Shown: positions 24,213 to 38,679, numbered from the whole stretch's first letter. The stretch is DNA of 62,552 nucleotides, filler included, from Hausera hauseri (GCA_046269625.1; 13 parts of 13 records of this genome joined end to end with filler, not necessarily neighbours in it); one strand, 5' to 3'. Numbers and translations: made by a program. The notes: generated from the sequence alone by a model not told the origin.

Positions 24213-24989
24213 NNNNNNNNNNNNNNNNNNNNNNNNNNNNNNNNNNNNNNNNNNNNTTAATTAATTAANNNNNNNNNNNNNNNNNNNNNNNNNNNNNNNN
24301 NNNNNNNNNNNNACCAATATGTAATCCTAGAAGAGGACCATTGCATACAACCACTCCCCCCTCCCTTTCAGTTCGCATTAGTAGTACTTGCCTTAGAGTG
24401 CTCCCCATTCGTCAGATCTATCATATGACTCTGCTACGTTTAGGCACTACTTTCTTCCACACATGTGGTCACGTTATCATTCTCCAGATCGACATTGTGT
24501 GTGGTGCTGGACATTACCTAGGCTAATTTCTATTTTCATTACCTAGGCAAATTTCTATTTTCATAGTTTTTTCTTTTGTTTTATTGCGTTGTCTTGGTTT
24601 NNNNNNNNNNTTTTTGTAGCCACGTTTGTTTTTGTGTTGCATTGTATTTGTTCCTGATGAAGACCTAGTGGTTGCAACGTAGTTTGTTTTTTCATTCCTT
24701 CTCCTTAAGTGAGACTTACCCTACCCCACTTTTGTATTCCTGCTTACACCTTCATATTATGTAATCCTGCCTGTCCAAGCTCATTATAAGAGGGTTGGTC
24801 ATGAGGTTGGCAACCATGTTATGGAAAAATAACAGACACAGAAACTATCATTGTGGAAAATCAGATTGACTTTTTGATTTGAAACGTGAAAAGAAGATAT
24901 AGACTGAATAAAAGCAGCGAATCGTTGCCGTCATCAATCCTTTGGTGAAGATATCAAAGTACTCACCACCCAGCATGCTTTGTAGTGTC

Positions 24990-25270
24990 TTCTTATAGGG
25001 CAGAAACAAATGCTCTTCACTTCTCCTAGCCTGTAGCCAGTCTTTGTATAGTACCCCAGCGCAGTTGCATTTTGTTTATTTCTAGTTCCACAGTTCTACA
25101 CCAGGTTGTCTTTGATCATTCTCTTTTTCTCCGTCTCTGTAGTGTCCACAGCAGTCTTGTTAATGTCCTCCTGATCTTTTCTGAGGACGTCTGATTCATC
25201 TCCATTGTCATTTTTGAATTACTGTGTACACATCTTCCTGTTTGCTTTGGTGAGGAGGTCCTGGATACTG
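24990..25270 (-). mobile_element. RTE-clade LINE, 3' end remnant
   Basis: Decayed translation RRKRE.SKTTWCRTVELE...LRWGTIQRLA...RAFVSAL, typical of the RTE ORF C-terminus. Confidence 0.7.
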
Positions 25271-27344
25271 ATAGCAAGAATACATCAAGCAACAAGATAA
25301 ACGCATTGTATCACCAGAAATGGAGATCTATAGTGATGGCCCTATGTTCCGAAAGTGGAACAAACAGGAAGTAGTAGTAACACTCACAGATACATGGGAA
25401 CTAGAATGGAACAGAACAAATGGAAAAGACCAGAACAAATAGAAAATAACAGAATAGAAAGTCTAAGATGACATCAGGTAAGAGAAAATAACTATTGAAA
25501 AATACACTTACATTAGTGTGATTTTTTTTTAACTCTCTGATCTCCTTGATAGCATTCTTGAGAAAATCGCACGAAGCTTGAAAAGACAGGAGGTCTAACT
25601 GAGGATCTCTCTGGAGGGCTTCATATGTTTCTATGTTTTTGTTTGTTTTCTACTGTTCAGCTTAATAGACATCTGCTGATATTTGTTTTTTTTTCTATGG
25701 TACAGCTTGGAATAATGTTAACAGTTATATGACAGCGAAATGTATTCATAGGACAAAAAGCTGTCTGAAATACAGGTCAATCTGACCGCTTTCTTGTCGT
25801 TGGCAAGTATGAAAGAAAAAAATCACAATCAGTCCTCCTTTTATTGTAAAATCCTCAATTATTGATTCATTCAGTCTGACGAACACTGAAATTTAAGCAT
25901 AGTTTGTTTCAAGGATCAGTTCAACTTTAGACTTTTCTCATGTCTGCTGTTCAATAACAGAACTTTATTTAATATGAAAAATGAAAACGTATTTATCATA
26001 AATTGCAAAAAAATTCAGCTTGTAGTTGTTGATTTGTCTGTTCAGCTGCAGAACGCGGACCTATAGAGCCAATTCGCTACCGTTTCTGAAATAGTTCATT
26101 TGCCTTTAAATTTTTTATTAACAGGGGGCTTAATAGACAAATTATAGAAAGCTAATTATGCATGTCCTCTCAGAAAGACATTAAAAGGAATTCACTGAGG
26201 CATTTAGGTGGCACACATTCAGCTGAAATCCATAAGTCTCACTCCTACACGCTGCAGACGAAAGGCAGTTCCAAGCAAACATTATGACTCATGTAATTCC
26301 TGACAGCCTCTTTGCTGAGTTTTAATTAAAGCCATGCCTAATGCCTGTGCATACATCACACCGTGTGATCTCTAAGCAATACTATTGATGAACATCTTAT
26401 AGATCTTTTCGCACAATGTCTGCTGATATTGTGCGATAACTCAGGGCAACATTTCCCTATCAAAGAACGGCCAGGGGCTTTGAACAAACACAAACATATT
26501 TACTGCTCGCCATGCTGTGATCAATATCTTTATTCATTGTCTGGAGTTGATGGGCAAACGGGAAATCCAAAACTAAAACACAATCACATCAAAATGGCCG
26601 GTCGTATGAAAAATGATACCTCTGCCACTTTTCTTCAAAACACTCCTGTGCAATAAATTGCGGCCCATCAATCTGAGGTTATAAATCGCAGCACTCTGAG
26701 GCAGAGGCAACAACGAGTGGCGTGCTTCCCTTTTAAGTGGAGGCTTACAATTGAACCTCAGGCACTAGAGTCCATAAATTGCAGCATCAATTATTTACCC
26801 AAATCTGTTTTAATGTGCCAAAAGAAACCCCAGTAGGGAAGCTAATGCAACTAGCAGGAAACGAGCAGAACAGATAGAATGACCAGCGTTGCCCCCACTT
26901 TTTACCTCCAAGCTGATTTAGAGTGCAGGAAAGCATCAAACTCATAACCATCAGACTTTAGTGGCCATCCGGAGCCAAATTAGCAGCTAAATAATAGAGA
27001 ATCTCCATTCATTTGAATGTGTAGATGTACTGGAAGTGGCTTTAAACATGCTGTTTGTGTATGCGACAGCAACTTCGGGACGTTTGTTTTGACCGACAAG
27101 GCTTGTTTAAGCTCAATTCGAGCTTTATGATTTATTATTTTGGGCTAGTAGCCATGTTAATTTTTTAATGTTTAACCACTTAAGCGGCCATCCTTTACTA
27201 AGATTTCCAATCGCAATGTCTCTATAAACAGAAAAATCATGAATAGAACGTCTAACATTGCGCAATTTGATAATGGCAAATACCCATTGCTGGTTTGGAT
27301 GTTGGAAGATACCTTCGCTGACTACAAAAACAGCTTTACTTTTG

Positions 27345-27880
27345 CTACGTGATTTTGGGAAAATGGTGACGTTTCACATGCCGATGACGAATATATTCGG
27401 GGTGACCGGTTAAGTAGTTAAGACCTCTCTCTACTGACGGATCATTCTGCACTTTATCAATTAATTGTTCTTGCAGTTTCAAAATTTCACGAAAATAATG
27501 CCCACGATAAATAAAACTCTTTCGATAAATGATTTTTCCGTACTCACTAGTTTTAAAAGGGTAATGACACCAAACGCATGTGCGAATGCACGAAGCACAA
27601 TATGCTAAGGAGCTTAATTTCAAATGTACCCCACATAAGAGATTGCAGTACATTTCTCTCTTTAAAGGAAATTGTAGCGATGTTTTCTTTCGTCCTTTTG
27701 TAAATCTCTTAACTACCTGCCACCCGAGTCAGGTGTAATTGTCAGAGTCCAACCGGACAAGACCCCTAAAGGCATTCTCTTTTGTTGATTATCTCCCTTC
27801 TCTGAGAGGAGGGGGGAAACATTTCTAAGCGTGGTCAAGGTACCCCCAATTGAGGGTCTTCTCTATGCCGTATCTTTTCA
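27345..27880 (-). pseudogene. Decayed orphan ORF with a Cys cluster
   Basis: Intronless, coding-like island (YCNLLCGVH...YCASCIRTCVWCHY); the frame extends upstream through stops; no family recognised. Confidence 0.3.
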
Positions 27881-28199
27881 TAATGGCACCATTATCTTAC
27901 TTTCTCTTTTCAAAAACCGAACCTACAATGAATAATCCTATTGTTAACACAGATCACTAAAAGACTGCTATTCCCGTCCAGCAACATTCCACATCTTTTG
28001 TCAGCTGATTTGTAAGTAGTATTTCATTCATACAAGAAAAATCCCTCAATGTTTACTGAAGCAAATTAAAAAGGAAATGGATTCGCGAATAATTGAGGGA
28101 CTCACTCGCGAATGTTAAGTTTTGCATCATTTGTATATCCGCGAATAATCAAAACTCGTGAATGTTAAAACCGCAAATGTTAAGGGATTTCTGTATTTT

Positions 28200-28500
28200 A
28201 CTTTGAATAGACAACAATTTCAACCTCAACTTTTTTACCATGACAGACATGTCACTGTTGACAACAGCACAACGTACTTGGGTTTTGTGCTTGACTTCAA
28301 ATTGAATTGGAATGAACATGCGACATTTGTCGGAGGAAAAGTGGAGAGGGCAGATTTGATGTCGGAGTAGCATAGTAGCTGGAATTGTTGGAAGGAGTGT
28401 CATAAGGGGAGCTTTGAACTGAAATGATAAATGATAAGATATGTTTGACAATAATGGCTAATTTAAAAGCATCTATTAGGTTTATATAAGTTGTATGCAG
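28200..28500 (+). mobile_element. Non-LTR retrotransposon RT C-terminal fragment
   Basis: TTYLGFVLDFKLNWNEH matches the KYLG..LD.KL.W..H motif of Jockey/I/CR1-type LINEs. Confidence 0.7.
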
Positions 28501-28799
28501 TAGCATAAAAAATGTCAGTGCACATGTTTAGTACACATACTTGCTGACTGCAAAGTCACAGGTTCAATTCCCAGCAATGACAGGTCAAATCTTTAGGACC
28601 AGAATGTCTGCTGGATCTCTTGTNNNNNNNNNNNNNNNNNNNNNNNNNNNNNNNNNNNNNNNNNNNNTTAATTAATTAANNNNNNNNNNNNNNNNNNNNN
28701 NNNNNNNNNNNNNNNNNNNNNNNGATCCTTCAATATAGTATCAATGATAATAAATATGTGCAATTGTGCATCTACAGGTTTGTAATGGCTGTAACAAGA

Positions 28800-29590
28800 T
28801 AAAAGTGTTTTGTACATCTTGTCGATGAGCCGTCAAAGACGTTTCAAGAAACAATGCTTCCTACAATCCAAGAAGTATTGAAAGTGTACTTCAATTATCA
28901 CAAAACTGAAAAGATATATTAGACGGACTCAGCGTCACTTACCATTAAACATGTTTGCAAAATATGGGCAAAAGCCAGAGTGCCTATATGCGACGAAAGA
29001 AGCATTATTCGTAATCTGTAAGTTCTATTGGAGAAGTACGGGAACATCTGTCATAATAAGATTCGTAGTAATTCATCTCAGATGGCTCGGGAACCAAATT
29101 TTGAAACAGAAATAAATCATCCATTTGACATTACACATCATAAATCGATGGACATCATAAAAATAGAAGATCAACAACCATATAGAAAGTATGTATTAGG
29201 TAAAATAGACAAGCAGTTAGAAGCCTAAAAGATAGACGAGCAGCCAGAATGCACAGACATACTGCGCTACAAATAAAAGGAAAGAAGAGACAAGCAGATG
29301 CTGTAGCAGCTGCAGAGAACAACTATGTTGATCATGATTCTGAAGAAAATGAACACAGTTGTGAAGACACTGTCTGCAATTACAACTACATTCCGGACTT
29401 CTAACATACATCATCAGAAATGCAACAGCACGGAAAGACAAAAGGCACAAAAGTATGAGCAATTGAAGCAGTAAGCCCTGAGCTGGTCGCAACATTACAT
29501 AACACAGGTGTTAGCAATAGAAATGTAGCATTTATTTTCCATGCAGCAGTCAAATATTACGGTCAAGATGCTTCACGTATGTCATTGTCT
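28800..29590 (+). mobile_element. N-terminal remnant of a DNA transposase, probably Sola2-like
   Basis: LPTIQEVL, IWAKARVP, PFDITH...IIKIED and TGVSNRNVAFI...GQD...LSVSSIRR. Superfamily assignment is from memory of the motif pattern. Confidence 0.6.
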
Positions 29591-30073
29591 GTCAGCAGCA
29601 TTAGAAGGTGGAGATCAATCCATCGTGAGTATAGTGCCCATATGCTGTGTTGCCCCGTAACCCATTTTGGTGGGACATGGCCGGGTGCGTTGGTTCGCAC
29701 CGATTGGCAGGGCCTTTGATTCCTCCCTCGGGGATTTTGCTGTGGTTGCAACCATCTGGCCAGTCTAATTCCTTCGAGCAGTCAGTCGAAAACAGAATCA
29801 GATCACTCTTAATCAATCATCTTTCTGAACATCTCAAAACTTCCATTATATATCGATGGAAATTATTCGTTAGTACTTCATCGTAGTACAATAGAATGCC
29901 TTGTGATTAAAATATATTTAAATGGAGGAATATGTCAATCAGATACTTTTGGTATGAATGAATATCGTTATGACTGCACATCAGTCTGGTTGATTCGGTA
30001 ACCAATTGCTTTCCTTAAAACTGTAGACAAGCAGATTAATAAAACATCGACTGACATTGTCGGATGTTGCATC

Positions 30074-31364
30074 TCAACCCCTGGAAACCAGAGTTGCAAC
30101 ACCACGAATTTGAATTACGGATCGAAAATGGGAATTTCCGATAATAAAACTTTCCAACTTTAGAGCGCATTGAATCAGAAAAAAATATGGAATAAGATTA
30201 TTTAGAAAACCGAATAAATTTATTTTTAAAAAATATGTCCATTCGAAAGTGTGTAACTTTTTTGATTCTTTCAAATAAAAATCATAATGTTCTACAATGT
30301 TTTTCTGAAAAGCTTGTGAAATCGGCAAAAGATCGACAAACATCCGAAATTGTTTCTTATCAAACAAAATATTGCGAAAAACTTTGCAAAAAGGTTAATA
30401 TAAAGATTAATATATATATACATCAATAAAGTCAGGCAACTCCAACACCGATACGCAGAATCTCCACCGCAAGCTTTATTGATTTATATAGATAATTTCA
30501 TTTCGAAGAGTTTTGTTATCAGAAATGTTACCGGATATACTTGGCGTTTTAGAAGTAATTTGGATAGATGGTAATTTTGACACTTTGGTAACAAAATAAA
30601 AATAATTCGTATCATGATGTTTCTCTTTGCTAAAGGGCGCTGAATGATCAAATATTTGTTTTAGGATTTTGAAACGAACCAACTTGATTAATTTTGAAAT
30701 CAGACTGCGAATTTAATGAAGTGATTGATGGATTTTTTTAACTCTAGAGGAATTTGAGACTGCAAGTTTAAAATCACAGTTTACATTTAATTAACTGTGA
30801 ATAGAGACTTTGCCTTTTTAACAATATTTTTTTCAAACGACGGAAATTGATTGAAATGAGATGATGTATTGCTATCTTTATTACTGATTGGAAATGAAAG
30901 GTTTTCCTTAAAATCTGAAATCAGCTGAACATTTGCAATAATTGCTCTTAAGTTTTTATTCAGTGGTACAGATTCAATCATCAGTTCTTTGATTTCTCTC
31001 GTACGTTCATTTACAATTGGACAGGATAAATTTGTTTTATTTTGCTTAACGATAAACGTCTTTTATCAATTCGTGAGAACAAGTGACTAAATGATTTTGT
31101 TTGATACATTCCGACTGGATATGTTGTGCGTATCGAAAGATTTTTCTTTCGAAAACCGTTAATTTGGGAAACTTATTCTGACGAACGAAACACCATTATT
31201 TCTTTAGTCGTGCAGAGTCGCCAATTCGTTTTGATGGTTGCGGCCAATAGGAAGGTCCAACGAGGGAGAAGGAGCCCGGAAAACAGTGCAAATGAGGCGC
31301 AACCGCATGCCCGACTATCCGGCTGAGAATAGGCCAGGGCGCCCCAACGCACGAAGGCACTACA
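30074..31364 (-). mobile_element. 5' end of an LTR element: short LTR starting TGTAGTG at 31364, PBS-like TGGCGACTCTGCACGAC (31223-31207), decayed internal ORFs
   Basis: TG start, GC-richer LTR-like segment and TGG-starting PBS. The LTR 3' end is not a canonical CA and the internal ORFs were not recognised. Confidence 0.45.
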
Positions 31365-31373
31365 ATAGAACAT

Positions 31374-32730
31374 ATGGAGAAAATACCACCTAATTCCAGG
31401 ATGGTTATACAGGCCAGAACAATATTTTCGGATAACAATTTAGTTAGATTTATATCAAGAATTTTTCAAAATGGATTAATATTGCCTCATTATTGTGTCA
31501 ACGTAACCGGAGGAACAATTCCCATTGAAGTTTTAAATTCATCTCCAGAATATAACACATTATTTACAAAAATTAAACTTGGTCGAGCATACAAAACTAC
31601 TTGTCATTCTGAATATGATAGCAAATCAGCAGCAGTCTCCAATGATATAGAAAAGAAAGTAGACGATATACTCGATATTGTTCTCCCTAAAACGAAGAGA
31701 AATTTATCAGTTAAATATTTAGAGAACTTTTCGGATATTGTCTTCGAATATATAAATATATTTACTAAAAACGAGATAGAAATACGACAAACAAACTAAG
31801 TCGAGTTTAAATTATCATTTATGACTGATCCCCAGACAGGAAAGGAAATAGACCTATTAAGACAACCAATACCTAAATGGTGTCCGCCACCTAAAGCACT
31901 CCAAAGGGAAGTTGAAGAGCAGATGCAAACAATGCTAGACATAGGTATCATTTAACCCAGTTAATCTCCGAGGCCATCTCCTATTGTTATGGCAAAGAAA
32001 GTTAATACATCGTATGTGCGTAAATAACGTCATATTAAACAAACATGATTAATCCTGCATATCCGATACTTCGGATACGGGACATTATTGATGAGTTAAA
32101 GGATTGCAAACACTTCAGTACATGATATTTCCAGAGTGTATTCTGGCTGAAACTGCCCGTTGAAAGACATCATTCTATAAATGAGGATGTTCATCAATTT
32201 TCCATCTGTATGAAAAACATTTTTCAAGAGTTTATTCGATTAGTCTTTAAAGGAGTCCGCGGCATATCGTATATAAACGATGTTTTAATTGACTTAAAGA
32301 CATGGTCAACACACAGTTAAATTACGAGAAGTATTCGACCTTATCAGAGTCGCAAAATTGAAATTCAATCCGAAAAAGTGCGAATGGTGTAAAACTGAAG
32401 TTAGACAACTTGGATTTGTAGTTTCAAACCACGGTATATCTACTAGTCCAATTTTAATATCTAATTTAATATCCTCCACCAAACAGTGTACATCATATTA
32501 GTGGTTGGTTAGGATTAGAAGGATTTTAAGTTACGTTCATCCAAAATTTCGCAGAAATCAACCAGACATAGTATAAACTATTAAAAATGGATCAGATGGA
32601 GAATAGATTGAGGATAATCAAGAATCATTTGACGAGATTAAACGACGTTTGGTATCTGCACCTATATTAAGATATCCAAACTTTTCACTCCAGTTCATTC
32701 TCAAAACCGACGCTAGTATGAAAGCTATTA
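31374..32730 (+). mobile_element. pol: Ty3/gypsy pol remnant (RT and start of RNase H)
   Basis: EVEEQMQTMLDIGII.PS.SP..SPIVMAKK, YPILRIRDIIDEL, YINDVLI, FNPKKC, LGFVVS and LVSAPILRYPNF...LKTDAS; heavily mutated. Confidence 0.88.
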
Positions 32731-32988
32731 NNNNNNNNNNNNNNNNNNNNNNNNNNNNNNNNNNNNNNNNNNNNTTAATTAATTAANNNNNNNNNNNNNN
32801 NNNNNNNNNNNNNNNNNNNNNNNNNNNNNNATATGTGCATACGAATGTGGTAAATTGGAGGCTATACCAAAGAACATTACATGTATTTATCGTGAACATG
32901 GTTCACATTGTGCATATAAAAATTGTTTAGCGTTATGTCAAAGTTATATTGTTACAAAGTAAATGTGTTATGAAAACTAGTTGGTTTT

Positions 32989-33312
32989 TTATAAGACATA
33001 AAGCATATATTGAAAAAACATGTATTGAAATAACATTAACATAATAACCGTATCATCACTGTCACTGTCACTGTCAGGTAAAAGTTCATGTATGGATTTT
33101 ATCAGGAGTACTACCCATTTTGCATGCAGGCACCGGTCTTCAGCATCCTGGACTACCACATACTCGCACTTTGTTCTGCATAGTGGACAAGGCATTTTGC
33201 TGCTTAATTATTTCTGCAGACAGCCTATATACAACGTATTTGCATTACATGTCGCCATTCTCATCGTTTTACCAGGCATCTGCTCCCAACAGATCGGAAA
33301 AGTTTTCGGCAT
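32989..33312 (-). pseudogene. Decayed RING-finger ORF downstream of a Polinton PolB
   Basis: MPKTFPICWEQ...TCN...GCLQK*LSSKMPCPLCR followed by an acidic DSDSDSDD tail. RING spacing is retained but some ligands are mutated. Confidence 0.6.
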
Positions 33313-33455
33313 TTTGAAATAATAAAAGACTAATGCAAGTAAACGCGCACTGTATTGATGTTTTATTTAAATTTCAAATTTGTTGATTCTATTGATCTTA
33401 CTTGGTCTTAATCTATATAGTAGAAAGACTAGAAAGACTAACAATATGTACATAT

Positions 33456-36400
33456 TTACAGTGCCACATGTCCATGAGATAGTGCGCGGATTCCACCGCT
33501 CAAGATCTACCGCTTGTCGTCCATCCAATCTAGGCTCTTCTTGTGCAGTTATACTGTTTTCATATTACGATCCCTAGATTGGATCCTTCGCATTTTCGAT
33601 ATTATGTAAGTCTGCTCCTGCAGAACTCTCACATTGTCCGCAAAACTGATTTGGTTGACCAATGTAATTCTTTGAATGCCCTTTGCTGTCTTTTTGATTT
33701 GGCCACATACGTCTAGAGCATACATTTTTGATCGCAATGCCACGAAACGGGTGACGATCTTCCCATTCACCTCGTCTCTGAATTTTTCGAAGATTTTTTT
33801 GTTGGTGGTTGAATAATTTGGATGATCCTTCGGATATCGGAGGTATCCATGTGCTGAGCCAATTGGGAAAAATCTTCATACATGTCCTCAGTATGGATCT
33901 GATAGTAAAACTATCAGTATCCATATACATCAGCTGTATGGACTTGAATGTTGGTACCACTGTATCGTAATGGAAGTGTTGCATTAGGGTTTTTGATAGG
34001 TTCAATATTGCCATACCCGCATATATGGGCTTGATGAATACTAATGCTGTTTTTATCATATGGATGATTACCAAATTCTCAGCATATATGGTGCTGCTGT
34101 TGAAGTTAGGCTTGGCAATAAGCTTCTTTGCCCGCTTCCAATCACATACTATCTCGATATTGATCCTTCTGCGGATATTCTCTATCGTCTTGCCAAAAAC
34201 GCTGTTATTTTAAAGCTTAAATTGATCTTTCTCGAAATCGTTCTTGGAATTTGTCCGCAGCTTGGTATTCAGATCAATGTAGGACTGAAGCCACATGGAC
34301 TAACTAAATTGTAGGACTCTATGGACCTTAGTACTGTGGAGTCCATGTTTAATTGCTTGGGGCGGTGGCCTGCTTTCAAGGGGAAAGGCAGCTGTTGATG
34401 CCTTGTGTGGATGGAAGCCGCATATTCCATATCCATTTCCAGTATGTAGCCCGTATCTCCAGTGGGATCAAGGTCCAGGATAGGAATGTCTTCAGGATGC
34501 TCAACCCACTTGACGTTATCATATGGCAATTGGGCGCTCATTGCCCATACATACAAGTTGTTGGCATCCAGGTATGAAATATATGATGATTCCTTTGATG
34601 AGTCGTATTCAGCCATATACTTGTTATTGGCCTCGCTATATCGGTGAATGGCTTGGCATATTCCTGCTCTAATGCCTCTTTCGATCATAAGGATCATGTA
34701 GTAATCCTTAATGATTTGCAGCATGATACCGGTATAGCGCAATATTGCTGCCCAGCTCATCCCTGGAGCTGTGAAGAAATGAGCCGGATCCAAAGTATGG
34801 CTGTTCATTGTAACATCCCTGAAACTTTCAAAGACATCTGCCAATAGCAGCACATCGGTTTGCAGATATATATCACTATATTCCCCTAATATTCTGCATT
34901 GGAATGCTTACCAGACGTTCTGAGCATGCTGGTAGTCCTCATCATTGATATCGCACTCCGACAGCTGGTTGTAAAAGTCATTCTTGGTCGGAAATGAGGA
35001 CTCATCCAGTGTTTCCCATGATGTTATATAGTCATAGCGAAACAATCCTTTCCTTTTAACCAGGTTAAAGGTATCCGGAAATAATCGCTTCGTTTCCTTC
35101 AGTTCTTCGGCAGGCAGGTTCTTCACAAAACTGTCCATTGAAGACGACATAAATCGAAAACTATCGATGAAGCGAAGTCGCATTTTACCAACATACTTAG
35201 TTAAAGTTTCTCCTCACTGTTGGGGATAACATTTATATTGCCATCAGTGTTGCCTAATTCTCGGACTATGAAGTGGATGTCATAGCCGCTGAGATTGTGG
35301 AATACCACAGGCACATATCTGCATGTTTTGCATCGTAGATTGCAGTTGTTACATGCTGCGCCCCGATATGCACCTGTAAAATGGCAGTGATCCTTAACTT
35401 TCCAATTTTCCTTGATGAAGGACTTGTCGCACAAGTAGCATGATGTTGCTTTGCGCCATTCTTTTTCTTACATCCAAGACATACTTATATCGTACTTATG
35501 TTGTTGTCACATATTTTCTACCTTATGAGCCAAGTCTTCAAGTCTCTTCATGAAATGTTCTGCTGCCCATGGACCCCTGAATATATATGGTTCACTGTTC
35601 AGTACTTTGGCATACATGCAATACTATGATAGTTCGTGGGATTGGTACGCTGTTGTACTGCTATGTTGTGGATTGGGAATGCATGTGTGACCTGGCCTGA
35701 GAATGGCCTCAAAGTCAAAATAGATGACAATTGGGATCTTTATCTTCTTTTCAAATTCCTTAAATTCGATATAGTCCTCTTTGGGAAATTTTGGCCTTAC
35801 ACAATAATTATTGCTGCATTACATCTTGTGCTCTTTAAGCGTTTCCAGGGCCTCTCCATTACTGAAATGGGACAAGCATCGTTTGCATATTTCGATCCCG
35901 TGTTCATGCTTTGTTTTTTTGGATCTGGTTAGACTCTCAAAATTCTTTGTCCAAACATAATGTTTCTTCTTGCTATTGTCTAGTAGGAGCAGATCCCTAT
36001 GATCTCCAAATTCAGCATAACATATTTGCAAGGGGTAGAATTTGTCCTTCTCATCCAATCCAAAGATATTGATGGACATGTTGTTGATGCAGCCGAACTT
36101 CTAGATTTCATCTACGGATAGAGGGAATGTGACACACTGAAAGTCGTAGTTGTGTTGGAGATCATTATCTAGCCAATTCGATTTGCTGCATGCTTTTGAT
36201 CCCGTACGAGTTGACATAAAATACCATACATGAAGCATTTGTTGACATTATTATGGACATTGATGGAACCATTTTTCTGCCGAATCCATTCCGGAAGCTG
36301 TATATATGAACTGCCTCGCATGGGGGAGTATCTGTGTACATATATAAGCAGTCTCTTGATGGTTTTCAGAGCCCATCCACTCTTCTTATCCTGGCTCTCA

Positions 36401-37059
36401 TTAGCTTCACGGATCAGCTTCGTATGCTCTTCATGCAGCCATTCAGGTATATTTGTGTTTCCCAATATGGGCCTATTTTTAGTCTTGAAGACCCTATTCG
36501 ATTCTTCAGCATCAACATTGACGTATGTGGCCTCAAGTTTCATATTAACCTTAAGGGCTTCTGTTTCTTCTTTTGCATATTCCAGGAACTCCTTGATGGT
36601 TCTTTGCCCAGATGCATCAATGACATATTTGCGGATTTTATTCTTTAATGCAGCAGCATCAACTGGCTGCCGTCTTTGACTTTTTGGCTGAGCTGCTGCG
36701 CCTGTTGTGCCTGAGGCATCTGATGGACCTGATTGGCGTTTTACACTTGTGGGCTCTACTGCGGACTGTTCTGTGAACTGTACTGTGGACTGTACTGCGG
36801 ATTGTGTAACTGGCCTATGCTCATTAAATATGATCTTCTTGGATTTTGATGCAAAGTCAGTCAGATGATCTTTATGATCTTCATGGAACTGTATGTATTC
36901 GCCATCACATACAGTCTCACATCCAGAGCAAATATAATAAAGGATTCGATTGAATTTGTGGACATAATAGATCCTCATGATATTGTGGCAATTCTCGGGG
37001 TTATGTATTGTACATGAGCAATACATATATGAACTGCACCTTTTGTTTTCTTTTGACAC
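33456..37059 (-). pseudogene. polB: Polinton/Maverick pPolB remnant (copy 3, distinct lineage) including its N-terminal region
   Basis: KSGW, GSSYIQLP, CFMYGIL, DHCHFTGAYRGAACNNCN, VVFHNLSGYD, LRFIDSFRFM, LLLADVFESFR, YLDANNLYVWAMS, NNSVFGKTIENIRRR, YMDTDS, LRSKMY, KTAKGI. Confidence 0.95.
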
Positions 37060-38679
37060 GTCTTGACGAAGGATATCAAGTGATGTTTATGTACGTTGTA
37101 GAATTCCTCTTACACTGTCCTGCACATTACCTCACATGTAGAGCATATATAATATTGGATTCTGTTGAATATATGGCCATAGTATTTCATCATAGTACTG
37201 TGGCAGGTTTTTAGCTCATGTATTTGAGCTAGACAATCTTTGTACAATTTGCACATCCAAAACAAAAGCAATTATTTGATGTAGACAAAATAAGAAAAAA
37301 CTTACCATTCTCGGAAGTGATTTTTGGAGGTGAATTTGTAAATAATGAAAAATATAGCTGTGTCAACTTACACTGCCTAATTTTGATAATTGATGCAGTA
37401 AAGCAAAACACATGTAAGGAAATCATTTTAATGGTGGGGTAAATTCGGCAATGAATATTGTTGTTGTATAGTCAACATCATGTACATTTGTTTTAATGCA
37501 TCAAATACACGAACTTGTCACGTAATTATGCTATGGTATTGCCTTTGTTTTAATGCATTAAATTATTTAAAATATCACGCGCCATATTTGAATAGGTCTT
37601 CGACCATGCCGAACCGATTGGCGCCATCACATTCTTCGAATAATGCACGCTTCATCGAATATTCGNNNNNNNNNNNNNNNNNNNNNNNNNNNNNNNNNNN
37701 NNNNNNNNNTTAATTAATTAANNNNNNNNNNNNNNNNNNNNNNNNNNNNNNNNNNNNNNNNNNNNGTCTTTTCCAATGGGTCTAGGCAACTGTAACTTTG
37801 TTCTGTAAAGACCTTGAAAATCTATTTAAATTCATCGAATGACACATTGGCTAGGATTTCTGCCTTTAATTCCAGATATTTGGACTTCTTCTAACTTTAT
37901 GAATTCCAAGTTCGTATCAAGGATAAACTTAACGACATTCACTCGATCAATGTACGCATCGAATGACCAAGCAATAGAGGGTTAGAAAATTGCTTTGATT
38001 CACTTTTTAGCTCTTACCGTTGGCTTTCGAGTTCTTGTTTCGCTTTCAATCCATGATTATTTTTCGTTTATCTGACTACCACTTTTGGTTGAACTCGTAT
38101 AATTTACAATATTGTCTTTGATTTCAACGTTATCAATATTCACATCCGAAGATCGTGATTGAGACTGATCAACATCTATCATGTAAACCCGTGGACCTAT
38201 ACTAATTGTTTGGAATTCTGGAAATTGCGACCAAATGGCTTCCATATTCATCACAATATCATCTAACGAATTGTTAAATGATGAATTATACATCTTTATT
38301 GTTTCATCATGTCTTGGAATAGGATGATATTCATTTTTTGGCAGTTGCAAATAGTTATTTTGATATTCGCTTAAAAGTTCATTTCGATTGCCATTAGCTA
38401 ATTTTGAAGTTTATTTTTAGACATGAATAATGGATACCCGATTAAAATTCACTTGTTTTTAAGTTTATAAACATCGACTTATTGACCTTATAGAAGCTAT
38501 TATGAGAATCAACGTTGTTTGTGCCATATCACTGAGTTTTGGGTATTTCGCTACTAAATCTACTGTAACTGATTTTTCGAATTTGTGAGTAAATTTTATT
38601 CGACAAGCTTCTTGGTGATTAAGATTCCGATTTTTTCATCACTTTCATTTTTGACACTTTTGATGAAGTATCATTTTCA

